From: a virus | Length of the DNA stretch: 64,000 nucleotides | Reading direction: 5' to 3' (one strand) | Virus record (IMG/VR): IMGVR_UViG_3300035661_000010 | Shown here: positions 9,294-17,070 of the stretch, in pieces | Numbering within the stretch: position 1 is the first letter of the stretch | Layout of the letters: every line of letters starts with the position of its first letter | Translations under genes and position numbers: made by a program | Notes under the pieces: generated by a model | The model's database searches: none | Told to the model about the DNA's origin: nothing | What the model saw: the letters and a program-made list of their open reading frames with translations, nothing else

Positions 9294-9610
9294 GCCAGCA
9301 ACCGAGCAGAGTCGACAGGGAGCCGTTGGTGCATGTCCTCTTTGAGGCATGTCCGACGCGCGAGATCACGCAGGTTCCCTGTCCGAACTTCGGCGCCACC
9401 GGAGATTGTGACTCGTGCATGTTCGCGTGGGACTCGCTCGCGATCACTCTCTACGATGCGTGCGTCGAGCTCGAAAAGAGGCGCTCGAAACATCGACGCC
9501 TCGCACTCGCAGCAAGTAGACACGCGAAGGCAGCCGTCGAGCAAGACAATCCATCCAAGGAAGTCCTGGCGGAGTTGAACAAGAAGCCAGATGGCGAAGA
9601 CGGTTCGTAG
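9290..9610 (+). CDS. Hypothetical Cys-rich protein
   Basis: GTGA overlap. Confidence 0.5.
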   Translation: MSQQPSRVDREPLVHVLFEACPTREITQVPCPNFGATGDCDSCMFAWDSLAITLYDACVELEKRRSKHRRLALAASRHAKAAVEQDNPSKEVLAELNKKPDGEDGS

Positions 9611-9643
9611 TTGGTACTACTGTGTGGAACGGAGAAGATCATC

Positions 9644-9829
9644 ATGGATGCAAACCAGCTCGAATCGGTCTCGTGCACGAACTGTGGCAAGCACTTCAAG
9701 TTTCCGGTGGGAACGCTCACGGCCGCCGGCAAGTCGAACTTTCGGTGCACTGGATGCGCAACGTCCACGCTCGAGGCCAACGTGCAGACGCACGCGCAAT
9801 CTGGAAAAAAGCTCCTCACCGAAGGATGA
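9644..9829 (+). CDS. Small Zn-ribbon protein
   Basis: CTNC...CTGC; GGAG RBS. Confidence 0.55.
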   Translation: MDANQLESVSCTNCGKHFKFPVGTLTAAGKSNFRCTGCATSTLEANVQTHAQSGKKLLTEG

Positions 9830-9835
9830 CCTGGA

Positions 9836-10300
9836 ATGACAGCCAAGTCGTGCAAGCACTGCGGTACCGTCCTCTTGATGTGCGACTACTCGTCCACCGA
9901 GTGTTCTGACTGTCGAAAGGAGGCCAAGAACGCCGGGGTCGCATGTGGAAAGTGCAACGTTGTCTTTACGGCCAAGAACATGTCTACGGTCACGGTGCGT
10001 GCCCAGTCAGCAAGTTCTGCCAGCCACAGAACGCACAAGGTTCGGTACTGTTCTGAGTGCTTCACAAAGGTCGAGGCCGGACTCTCGAAGCAGTCGTCGA
10101 GCCAAGAGAAGGTCATCGCAGATGCGGTGAAAGCAAGGGCCGACCGAGTCAAGCAGGTCAGGCGCGACAAGAGAAAGTCGAAAGCAGAGTCGGAAGGAGT
10201 GCCGCCAGTCCAGCCAGACATGCCAAGGCGTAGACACACCGAGTCAGCTTCGACTAGCAATGGAGACGATGAGCTTGGGGCATGTGATCGAAGGCAATAA
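9836..10300 (+). CDS. Double Zn-finger hypothetical protein
   Basis: Four CxxC pairs (CKHC, CSDC, CGKC, CSEC). Confidence 0.6.
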   Translation: MTAKSCKHCGTVLLMCDYSSTECSDCRKEAKNAGVACGKCNVVFTAKNMSTVTVRAQSASSASHRTHKVRYCSECFTKVEAGLSKQSSSQEKVIADAVKARADRVKQVRRDKRKSKAESEGVPPVQPDMPRRRHTESASTSNGDDELGACDRRQ

Positions 10301-11051
10301 GAACTGGGAAGTGGTGAAGGCAGACAGCACTGTCTTCCTGAAGACACTTCCCAATGACACGTTCGACGCGTGCATCACGGATCCTCCGTACGACAAGAAG
10401 ACGCACAAGGGCGCTCGCAGCGTTGCGAAGAAAGGCAAAGGTACGCGCGTTCACGCCATCGACTTCGATTCGCTGAAGAACGTCCAGTTCGTACACGAGC
10501 TGCTGCGCGTCACGCGTCGATGGGTCTTGGTGTTCTGCCCACTGGAGATGTTCGGTCTCTACCAGCAGGCGGTTGGAGAGAAGCAGTGGATCCGAGCTGG
10601 TGTCTGGGACCGTGTCGATGGAGCACCACAGCTATCCAGCGACCGACCGGCCCAGGCCGCAGAAGGTATCGCCATCATGCACAAGCGCGTAAAAGGTGGC
10701 GGCTCCATGCACTGGAACGCGCACGGTAAGCGTGGCATCTGGCGTCATGGAGTGGAGCGCGTCGAGAGGCTGCATGAGACGCCGAAGCCAGTGTCGTTAA
10801 TGCGCGAGCTCGTTCAGGACTTCACCGACCAGGGAGAGCTGGTCTTGGATGCGTACGCCGGTTCGTCGAGCACTGGTGTGGCCTGCCTCCAGCGTGGACG
10901 TCGGTTCTTCGGCATCGAGCGGGATGCTGAGGGTAAAGACTACGTGCAGACGTCACGAACGCGGCTCCAGGGCATCGACGAGGGCCTGTCGTTCAGCCAG
11001 AAAATGGCTGGATGCCGTTCGGTGAAGCAGCAGCTGCTCTTCCAAGAATGA
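10269..11051 (+). CDS. DNA N6-adenine/N4-cytosine methyltransferase (beta class)
   Basis: Catalytic DPPY near N-terminus, HETPKP, SAM-binding VLDAYAGSSSTG, FFGIE. Confidence 0.9.
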   Translation: MSLGHVIEGNKNWEVVKADSTVFLKTLPNDTFDACITDPPYDKKTHKGARSVAKKGKGTRVHAIDFDSLKNVQFVHELLRVTRRWVLVFCPLEMFGLYQQAVGEKQWIRAGVWDRVDGAPQLSSDRPAQAAEGIAIMHKRVKGGGSMHWNAHGKRGIWRHGVERVERLHETPKPVSLMRELVQDFTDQGELVLDAYAGSSSTGVACLQRGRRFFGIERDAEGKDYVQTSRTRLQGIDEGLSFSQKMAGCRSVKQQLLFQE

Positions 11052-11282
11052 GTGCAATTCTGACGCGGTGACGCAGTTTTGTGCGCGCAGTTCGCGCAGT
11101 CTGGGCCGGAAGGGCACGGTAGCGGGACACCGCGTGCTTGCGCACGAGTCGCTGGCGCGGTACCTTACTGCAAGCACTGGCGCACTTATGGGTGTACCTA
11201 CGAACTTTCTTCCGGCACCCTCTCTCCTCACCTTCCCTCAACGGGGCCCCCAAGAACATGACGACGAGCACGGGAGAGATGG

Positions 11283-12113
11283 ATGCAGTGGAAAGTCCGA
11301 AGGCCAGAGGAACGAATTGTGCCAACCCATGAAACGCTTCGAGATTCGAACGTACTCGACGGAGCGTTTCGCACGTATGTGTGGCTCCTCACGGAGCAAG
11401 AGAATGGGAGCATCGACTTCGAGGGTCACGCAGTAGCAAGAGGTATCGGCCTCTCCAAGCTGCGCGATCAGGTAGAGCAGCTAGAGAGAGCAGGTCTTGT
11501 CGTGTTGAATCGAGTCGACAGCGTGATGGAAGTGCAGCTCACCAATCCGGTGGCGCTGTATCAGTCGCGTCCACCGACTGTGTTCAATGACACCCGCGAT
11601 GAGCTCTTGGCATCGCTCTCGCAAAGTAGTGCCGAGCGGTCCAAGGCCGTGGATGAGCGAAGAGCTGCCAAGCCGTTTCGGAAAGGAATGGACAGGGAGG
11701 ACGAAGAGAGGCCGAGGAAGGACCCGAAGTTCAGCTCACATACGCTCTACGGTCACTGGAAGGATGCATGGAGTCGTTCGTTCCCGACCGTCGAGATCGT
11801 CAAGTGGGACATCCAGAGCATGTCCATCGCGAAGAACCTGATCGCGAGGATCGGTCCTGACAGAGCTACGAAGCTGGTGGAGCTGACTATCGAGAACTGG
11901 ACGTCCATCACTCGACGACACAACTTTCGAGGGTACCCCACGATTGGCTGGTGCTTGAAGTTCCTGGACTCGATCGGTCAGGAGCTTCTCTCGGGTCAGA
12001 AGATCGGAACAGACAGAGTTTCCAACGATTCCAGAACGAGGGCCCTCAACAAGGGCGAATATGATGAACGCGGTGCGACAGGAGAAAAAGACGTTGGGTG
12101 GGGTGACGGCTGA
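11283..12113 (+). CDS. Putative replication initiator (N-terminal wHTH)
   Basis: AFRTYVWLL...VARGIGLSKLRDQVEQLERAGLV winged-HTH-like; directly upstream of the DnaC-like loader. Confidence 0.55.
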   Translation: MQWKVRRPEERIVPTHETLRDSNVLDGAFRTYVWLLTEQENGSIDFEGHAVARGIGLSKLRDQVEQLERAGLVVLNRVDSVMEVQLTNPVALYQSRPPTVFNDTRDELLASLSQSSAERSKAVDERRAAKPFRKGMDREDEERPRKDPKFSSHTLYGHWKDAWSRSFPTVEIVKWDIQSMSIAKNLIARIGPDRATKLVELTIENWTSITRRHNFRGYPTIGWCLKFLDSIGQELLSGQKIGTDRVSNDSRTRALNKGEYDERGATGEKDVGWGDG

Positions 12114-12774
12114 GCGACCGGTGGTCGTGCGCCCGGCTCGTCCTCTGACCCAAGAGGACCTGGTGCTCATGCGGCTACCGGAACGCTACTGGTCCGCCTC
12201 GTTCGACGGCATCTCCGAAGGGAAACACAAGCGAATCGTCGGCAAGTACGTTCAGCGCATCCAGGACGCCATGAGTCGTGGCTTCGGCCTCTTGCTCTGG
12301 GGTGCGAACGGCACCGGGAAGACCAGTGCGGCCGTCGTGTGCGCAAAGCATGCCCGTCGCAATGGCTTCACGACCCTGTTCATTCGAGCTGCGGACCTTC
12401 TGCGTTCGGATGTGAACAAGACCTACTTCGACGCTACTCGCACGCAGACAATCCTTGATCGAGCTAAGGCTGTGGACCTACTGATCGTGGATGACCTCGG
12501 TAAGGAAGGTCACCCCGGTACCGGGTACATGGCCGGCTATGCTACCGACCTGTTCGAGGATCTTGTCAGGGATCGTTCGAGTCGACTTCGGTCGACGATC
12601 TTCACGACCAACATGACTCCCGCTGACATTCAGAAAGGGGGCGAGGACGGCATCTACAAGAAGTCGATGGCCCACGTCCTGAAGGCCTCCACCCTTGCAG
12701 TAAAGGTTGAAGGTGACGACCGCCGCAAGACGGAGGTCGACGAGCTGTCGGCCGCACTGTCTGGCGACGAATAG
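12061..12774 (+). CDS. dnaC: DnaC/IstB-like AAA+ helicase loader
   Basis: Walker A GANGTGKT, Walker B LLIVDDLGKE, TIFTTN, GDDRRK; true start may be slightly downstream. Confidence 0.85.
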   Translation: MMNAVRQEKKTLGGVTAERPVVVRPARPLTQEDLVLMRLPERYWSASFDGISEGKHKRIVGKYVQRIQDAMSRGFGLLLWGANGTGKTSAAVVCAKHARRNGFTTLFIRAADLLRSDVNKTYFDATRTQTILDRAKAVDLLIVDDLGKEGHPGTGYMAGYATDLFEDLVRDRSSRLRSTIFTTNMTPADIQKGGEDGIYKKSMAHVLKASTLAVKVEGDDRRKTEVDELSAALSGDE

Positions 12775-12790
12775 TCTCAAAGAGAGGGTC

Positions 12791-12832
12791 TCAATGGCCT
12801 CGTGGTTCGCTCCACGGGGGCCATTGATTTTT
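12791..12832 (+). terminator. Rho-independent terminator-like hairpin
   Basis: TCAATGGCCTCGTGG / CCACGGGGGCCATTGA stem followed by TTTTT. Confidence 0.6.
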
Positions 12833-12887
12833 GGTACTGTGAGCGACCCTCACTGACGCAGAGCAATGGACGAAAAGGCAAAGACAC

Positions 12888-14213
12888 ATGGATCTCGATA
12901 GGGGCACCGTGGCAGCAGCGCTGAAGGAAGGCGCGGACTCGGTGAAATTCGTCAAGCGGTACCAGCTTGGCGGGAAGTACTTGAAGGGGGACGCTTCGCT
13001 TGCTTGGCGAATTGTCGAGCGGCACGTTTCTGAGTTCAACGACATTCCTACGTTGCAGGTCATCCAGAAAGAGGTTCCCAGCTTCCAGCTACCGGAAGAA
13101 GAGATCGACAAGCTGGAGTACTACGTTTCTGAGCTTCGCTACCGCGACCGTCAGGAGAGCTGGAACAGGCTCGGACCAGACATTGGGAACCTGGTGGTGA
13201 AGCAGAAGGATTTCGAGAAGGCGACCCATCGAATCAAGTCCTTCTTGCGTGAACAGGAAGAGAAAGAGCTGGTTGATCGCCAGATGGTCCGATCGCTCTT
13301 CGATATGACGCCGCTGGTGCGACAGAAGTACTTGGACATGAAGGAAGGGAAGATGGGCGTTCCGTTTCCCTGGTCCAGGATGAACAACATCACGCTTGGT
13401 GCGGAGCCTGGCGACAACACCGGATTCTTCGGACGACTGGGGATGGGCAAGACCCACGCTCTACTGCTTTCATGTCATCACGCATGGAAGTATGCCGGGT
13501 CCAAGACCCTCTTCGTCTCGCCAGAGATGAAGCAGATCTCGCTTGCGCAACGAATGTTTGCTTATGACCTTCGCCTTCCACATGGACTCGTTCGTCGTGG
13601 CAAGCTCGATGAGTTCACGGAGACGAAGTTCTTCGAGGAGCTCGACAAGTTTGCCTCGATGGATGGCATTTACATCGTCGACGACTCGTTCAGGATCACG
13701 CTCGACCTGCTCGAGGCCGCCATCGATCATGTGCGACCAGACATCGTCTATGTCGACGGTGTCTACATGGTTCTCGCGGAGCGCGGTCTCAATCAGAAGG
13801 AGAACGCGGACGCCGTAGCTGTTGGCCTGAAGATGATTGCCAAGAAGAAGGCAGTGCCGATTGTTTACTCGTCACAGTTCAATCGGACAGTGCAGAAGAA
13901 CGATCCGTCAACGTTCACGGCAGAGGGTGTCGGCATCTCGGATCATTTCGGCTGGTTCGCCGACAACATGTTTGCACTGATCCAGACGGACGATATGAAG
14001 GCAGACCGAGAGATGGTCTTCAAGGCCATCAAAGCTCGCGAGGCAAGCGGAGACGATGAGGTTCGCGTGAAGTGGGATTGGGAGCACCAAGACTTTTCGC
14101 AGTGCGGAGACGAAGAGAAGGGCAAGTTCCAGGATGCGGACTACCAGGCTTACGGTGGCCAGGGAGCGCCGACCAACGACCAGCCAGGACCAGATGACGA
14201 TCTACCCTTCTGA
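12888..14213 (+). CDS. dnaB: DnaB-like (SF4) replicative helicase
   Basis: GRLGMGKT, FVSPEM, IVYVDGVY, LKMIAK...PIVYSSQFNR, K.R motif; ends DDDLPF. Confidence 0.88.
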   Translation: MDLDRGTVAAALKEGADSVKFVKRYQLGGKYLKGDASLAWRIVERHVSEFNDIPTLQVIQKEVPSFQLPEEEIDKLEYYVSELRYRDRQESWNRLGPDIGNLVVKQKDFEKATHRIKSFLREQEEKELVDRQMVRSLFDMTPLVRQKYLDMKEGKMGVPFPWSRMNNITLGAEPGDNTGFFGRLGMGKTHALLLSCHHAWKYAGSKTLFVSPEMKQISLAQRMFAYDLRLPHGLVRRGKLDEFTETKFFEELDKFASMDGIYIVDDSFRITLDLLEAAIDHVRPDIVYVDGVYMVLAERGLNQKENADAVAVGLKMIAKKKAVPIVYSSQFNRTVQKNDPSTFTAEGVGISDHFGWFADNMFALIQTDDMKADREMVFKAIKAREASGDDEVRVKWDWEHQDFSQCGDEEKGKFQDADYQAYGGQGAPTNDQPGPDDDLPF

Positions 14214-14241
14214 GGTAGCGACAGGAGCAAGGAGCAAGGAC

Positions 14242-14589
14242 ATGGCACTGATCACGATCGACTTCGTAGCAATGAACGACGATAGGGGAGAAACGGAACT
14301 CCTTGCCAGAGTGCGTTGGCCGTTCCTTCCTCGAACTGGCGAGACAGTCGTTCTGAGAAGTCTTCGTGTGAAGGCTGACGAAGAGAAGGAGCTCGACGAG
14401 CAGAGAACGGAAGACGTCATGTTCGTGGTCGAAGACATTCAGTACAGCGCCGACGCGCATTGGACGATTGGTCGTACCAAGGAAGGTGTCGAAGCGGAGC
14501 CGCAGGAGGAGTACGACGTCGAAATTTTCCTGGTGTTGCCACCGGAGTCGCGCAGCTGGACTGGGCTTCAGCGTACGGAGACGACGTGA
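14242..14589 (+). CDS. Hypothetical protein
   Basis: AAGGA RBS; WPFLPRTGETVV. Confidence 0.6.
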   Translation: MALITIDFVAMNDDRGETELLARVRWPFLPRTGETVVLRSLRVKADEEKELDEQRTEDVMFVVEDIQYSADAHWTIGRTKEGVEAEPQEEYDVEIFLVLPPESRSWTGLQRTETT

Positions 14590-14918
14590 TGAGTCGCGAA
14601 TCGTATGTGTACAAGGACGAGATCATCTGCGGCATGTGTGCCCGTGATGTCTTTGCGAAGCTAGATCCTAAGGGATGCGCAGATGACACTGGTGACTCTG
14701 ACACGTATCCACAGGAGATGCCCACCCCGCTCGGAGCCTCAGACTGGCTTATGCATTGCGAGTGGTACTGTTACTTCTTCGGCAATGCGTTGACCGAACG
14801 GGGCCGTCAGATCGCCATCCAATCCATGTGTCGGCGGCTGAAGGAGGCTCAAGCAGCAACAGCGCGTCATCGACGCATAACGAATCAAGGATGGCTCTCC
14901 GATGGCCCGGATTCCTGA
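14589..14918 (+). CDS. Hypothetical protein
   Basis: TGATG overlap; CGMC...CEWYC. Confidence 0.5.
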   Translation: MSRESYVYKDEIICGMCARDVFAKLDPKGCADDTGDSDTYPQEMPTPLGASDWLMHCEWYCYFFGNALTERGRQIAIQSMCRRLKEAQAATARHRRITNQGWLSDGPDS

Positions 14919-16065
14919 GGAGGTCATCCGGCGCGTCAGGTCCGAAACAGACCTGGTGGAGTTGATTAGCCTGAGCGTGCGACTTCGTCGCGCGGGGCAG
15001 AACTTTGTCGGGTTGTGTCCGTTCCATCAGGAGAAGTCGCCCAGTTTCAACGTCAGCAAGAAGAAGAATTTCTACCATTGCTACGGATGCAAAGAGAGTG
15101 GAGATGCCATCGACTGGGTGATCCATCAGGAAGACGCGTCCTTCAAAGATGCGGTCCTTATGCTCGCCAAGGATCTCGGGATCGACGTTCAGGGAGGCAT
15201 CGAAGGCGAGTGGAACTGGACGCTGAAGGATCCGCCGCCGCCGCCACCACGACCTCTGCTTCACACGTGGCCAGAGTCATCGATCGCTCGGTTCGCCAAC
15301 AGGATGCCAAAGTACATGATCGAACGCGGCATCATGATCGACACGGCGAAGGCGTACGAGATCGGGTACGACCGAGAGGAGAAGAGGGCCACCTTTCCTG
15401 TTCGAAAGCCGACCGGTGAGCTGGTGGGCATGTCCGGACGCTCCACCATCGGCGCCAAGCTGAAGTACATGCACTACCGAATCGACCAGCAGGAGTGGCG
15501 CGCGATCGCTCGAATTCCACGCCACCTCTACGACTCGATGGACGAAGACGAGATCGAGGCAAGGTTCGCTCGGTGGCCAAAAGCTCGCACGCTGTACGGC
15601 GCCCACGTAGTCGCTTCGCAAGCGCTTGCGCCAGCAGGCGGATGGAGAGACGGCAACCTGTACCTGGTAGAGGGGCACATTGACGTGCACGCCTTCTATC
15701 AGCGTCGACTACGTGCAGTGGCGTCCATGGGCTCGTCAGTCAGTGCGGAGCAAGGAGACATGCTTGCCGAGCTCGTTCCTGTTCGTGGCAACCTCGTCAT
15801 ATGCCCCGACCCGGACATGCTCTACAAGAAGCCGAGAGGAAGCGAAAAGACACTGTTCGAACTGTACGTGCTGAACATCAAGGAGGTGATCTACGAGCGA
15901 CACCCCATCTGGCACTTGCTCTTGCCGGGCATCCGTGTTCCAGAGGGGCGTGACGTAGCGATGATGATGGACGAAGAGTTGGACGCCTGTGTTAGGGTTG
16001 ATCCAGCAAACGTCAACGATGACGAGTTCGAGACCGCGTACGCAAAGCTGACGCGGCTCGCCTAG
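14902..16065 (+). CDS. dnaG: DNA primase (CHC2 Zn finger + TOPRIM)
   Basis: GLCPFHQEKSPSF...YHCYGC; FPVR...VGMSGR; LVEGHIDV; DPD. Confidence 0.93.
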   Translation: MARIPEEVIRRVRSETDLVELISLSVRLRRAGQNFVGLCPFHQEKSPSFNVSKKKNFYHCYGCKESGDAIDWVIHQEDASFKDAVLMLAKDLGIDVQGGIEGEWNWTLKDPPPPPPRPLLHTWPESSIARFANRMPKYMIERGIMIDTAKAYEIGYDREEKRATFPVRKPTGELVGMSGRSTIGAKLKYMHYRIDQQEWRAIARIPRHLYDSMDEDEIEARFARWPKARTLYGAHVVASQALAPAGGWRDGNLYLVEGHIDVHAFYQRRLRAVASMGSSVSAEQGDMLAELVPVRGNLVICPDPDMLYKKPRGSEKTLFELYVLNIKEVIYERHPIWHLLLPGIRVPEGRDVAMMMDEELDACVRVDPANVNDDEFETAYAKLTRLA

Positions 16066-16099
16066 GGGACGAACCCCACCACCACATGGAGAAGAAGAA

Positions 16100-16972
16100 A
16101 TGGCAGACACGAACGATACGGAAGCGGATTGGTTCCAGGACACCTCGCCTGAGACGATCAAGAAGGAGCGCGAGGATCGCTCTTCGTCATTCGCCAGGAA
16201 GAACCAGCGCCGCGTTTGGCTTCCGCCTCCTGGGCCACGCGGCCCCGGCGGTGAGTTCGAGGGGGTGTTCCTCGACGACAATCCGCGTGCGATCCACGAG
16301 CACAGCTTGTTCTTGAACGGTTCCCGCAAGGGGAACTGGTTCACGTGCATCAAGAAGCTCGACAACCGCGACAAGCCTGCGCTCAAGCCATTCTGGGGCG
16401 GATGTCCGCTCTGCCAGAGCGGTGACGAGGCGTACTACATCGCGTTCCTCACGGTCCTCGACACCACCGGCTTCGTCATCTCAAGAGGCAAGGATCGCGG
16501 TAAGGAGGTGAAGAACTTCCGGAAGCTGCTCCCGCTCAAGCTCGACGGCGTCGAGTGGCTGAACAAGGAGAAGAAGATCCGCAAGAGCCTCATCGGCGCG
16601 AAGTACCACTTCTCGCGCACGAAGAAGCAGCAGGCGGTCTACGGCGAGGCGTCGTACATGGACAAGGTCGACCTCAATGCCGACGAGTTCAAGTACACGT
16701 CCGATAAGGACGGGAAGGTCTACGAGCCGACTCCGTACGAGTACGGCAAGATTCTCGCTCCGCTCAGCCGCAACGAGCTTCTCTCGATCGTTCAGCAGAT
16801 GAAGCAGCAGTCGGAAGCGGAGAAGCACGGCGCCAGACCGAAGGGCGGCGCTCCCGTCGACGAAGAAGAGGGATACGCCAACGGCGCCGACGACGAAATC
16901 CCGTTTGCCTTGAATGGAGACGTTGTCAGCTACAGGCACGAGCGCCGAAAGGGATTGGCTTTCAAGTTCTAG
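16100..16972 (+). CDS. Phage single-stranded DNA-binding protein (Zn-binding, acidic tail)
   Basis: HEH...C...CPLC metal-site pattern, acidic region ending DDEIPF, position after primase. Confidence 0.65.
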   Translation: MADTNDTEADWFQDTSPETIKKEREDRSSSFARKNQRRVWLPPPGPRGPGGEFEGVFLDDNPRAIHEHSLFLNGSRKGNWFTCIKKLDNRDKPALKPFWGGCPLCQSGDEAYYIAFLTVLDTTGFVISRGKDRGKEVKNFRKLLPLKLDGVEWLNKEKKIRKSLIGAKYHFSRTKKQQAVYGEASYMDKVDLNADEFKYTSDKDGKVYEPTPYEYGKILAPLSRNELLSIVQQMKQQSEAEKHGARPKGGAPVDEEEGYANGADDEIPFALNGDVVSYRHERRKGLAFKF

Positions 16973-16999
16973 GACATGAAGGTCTGTTTCAATTGACTT

Positions 17000-17052
17000 G
17001 AACAACGACCCGGCTCCAGCCTCCTGAAGATTCAGGGGCCGGGCCGTTGTTC
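17000..17052. promoter_or_regulatory. Long intergenic hairpin
   Basis: 18-bp stem GAACAACGACCCGGCTCC / GGGGCCGGGCCGTTGTTC (1 mismatch, 1 G-U); TTGACT at 16993. Confidence 0.6.
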
Positions 17053-17070
17053 ACCTACGAAGAGCCACAC

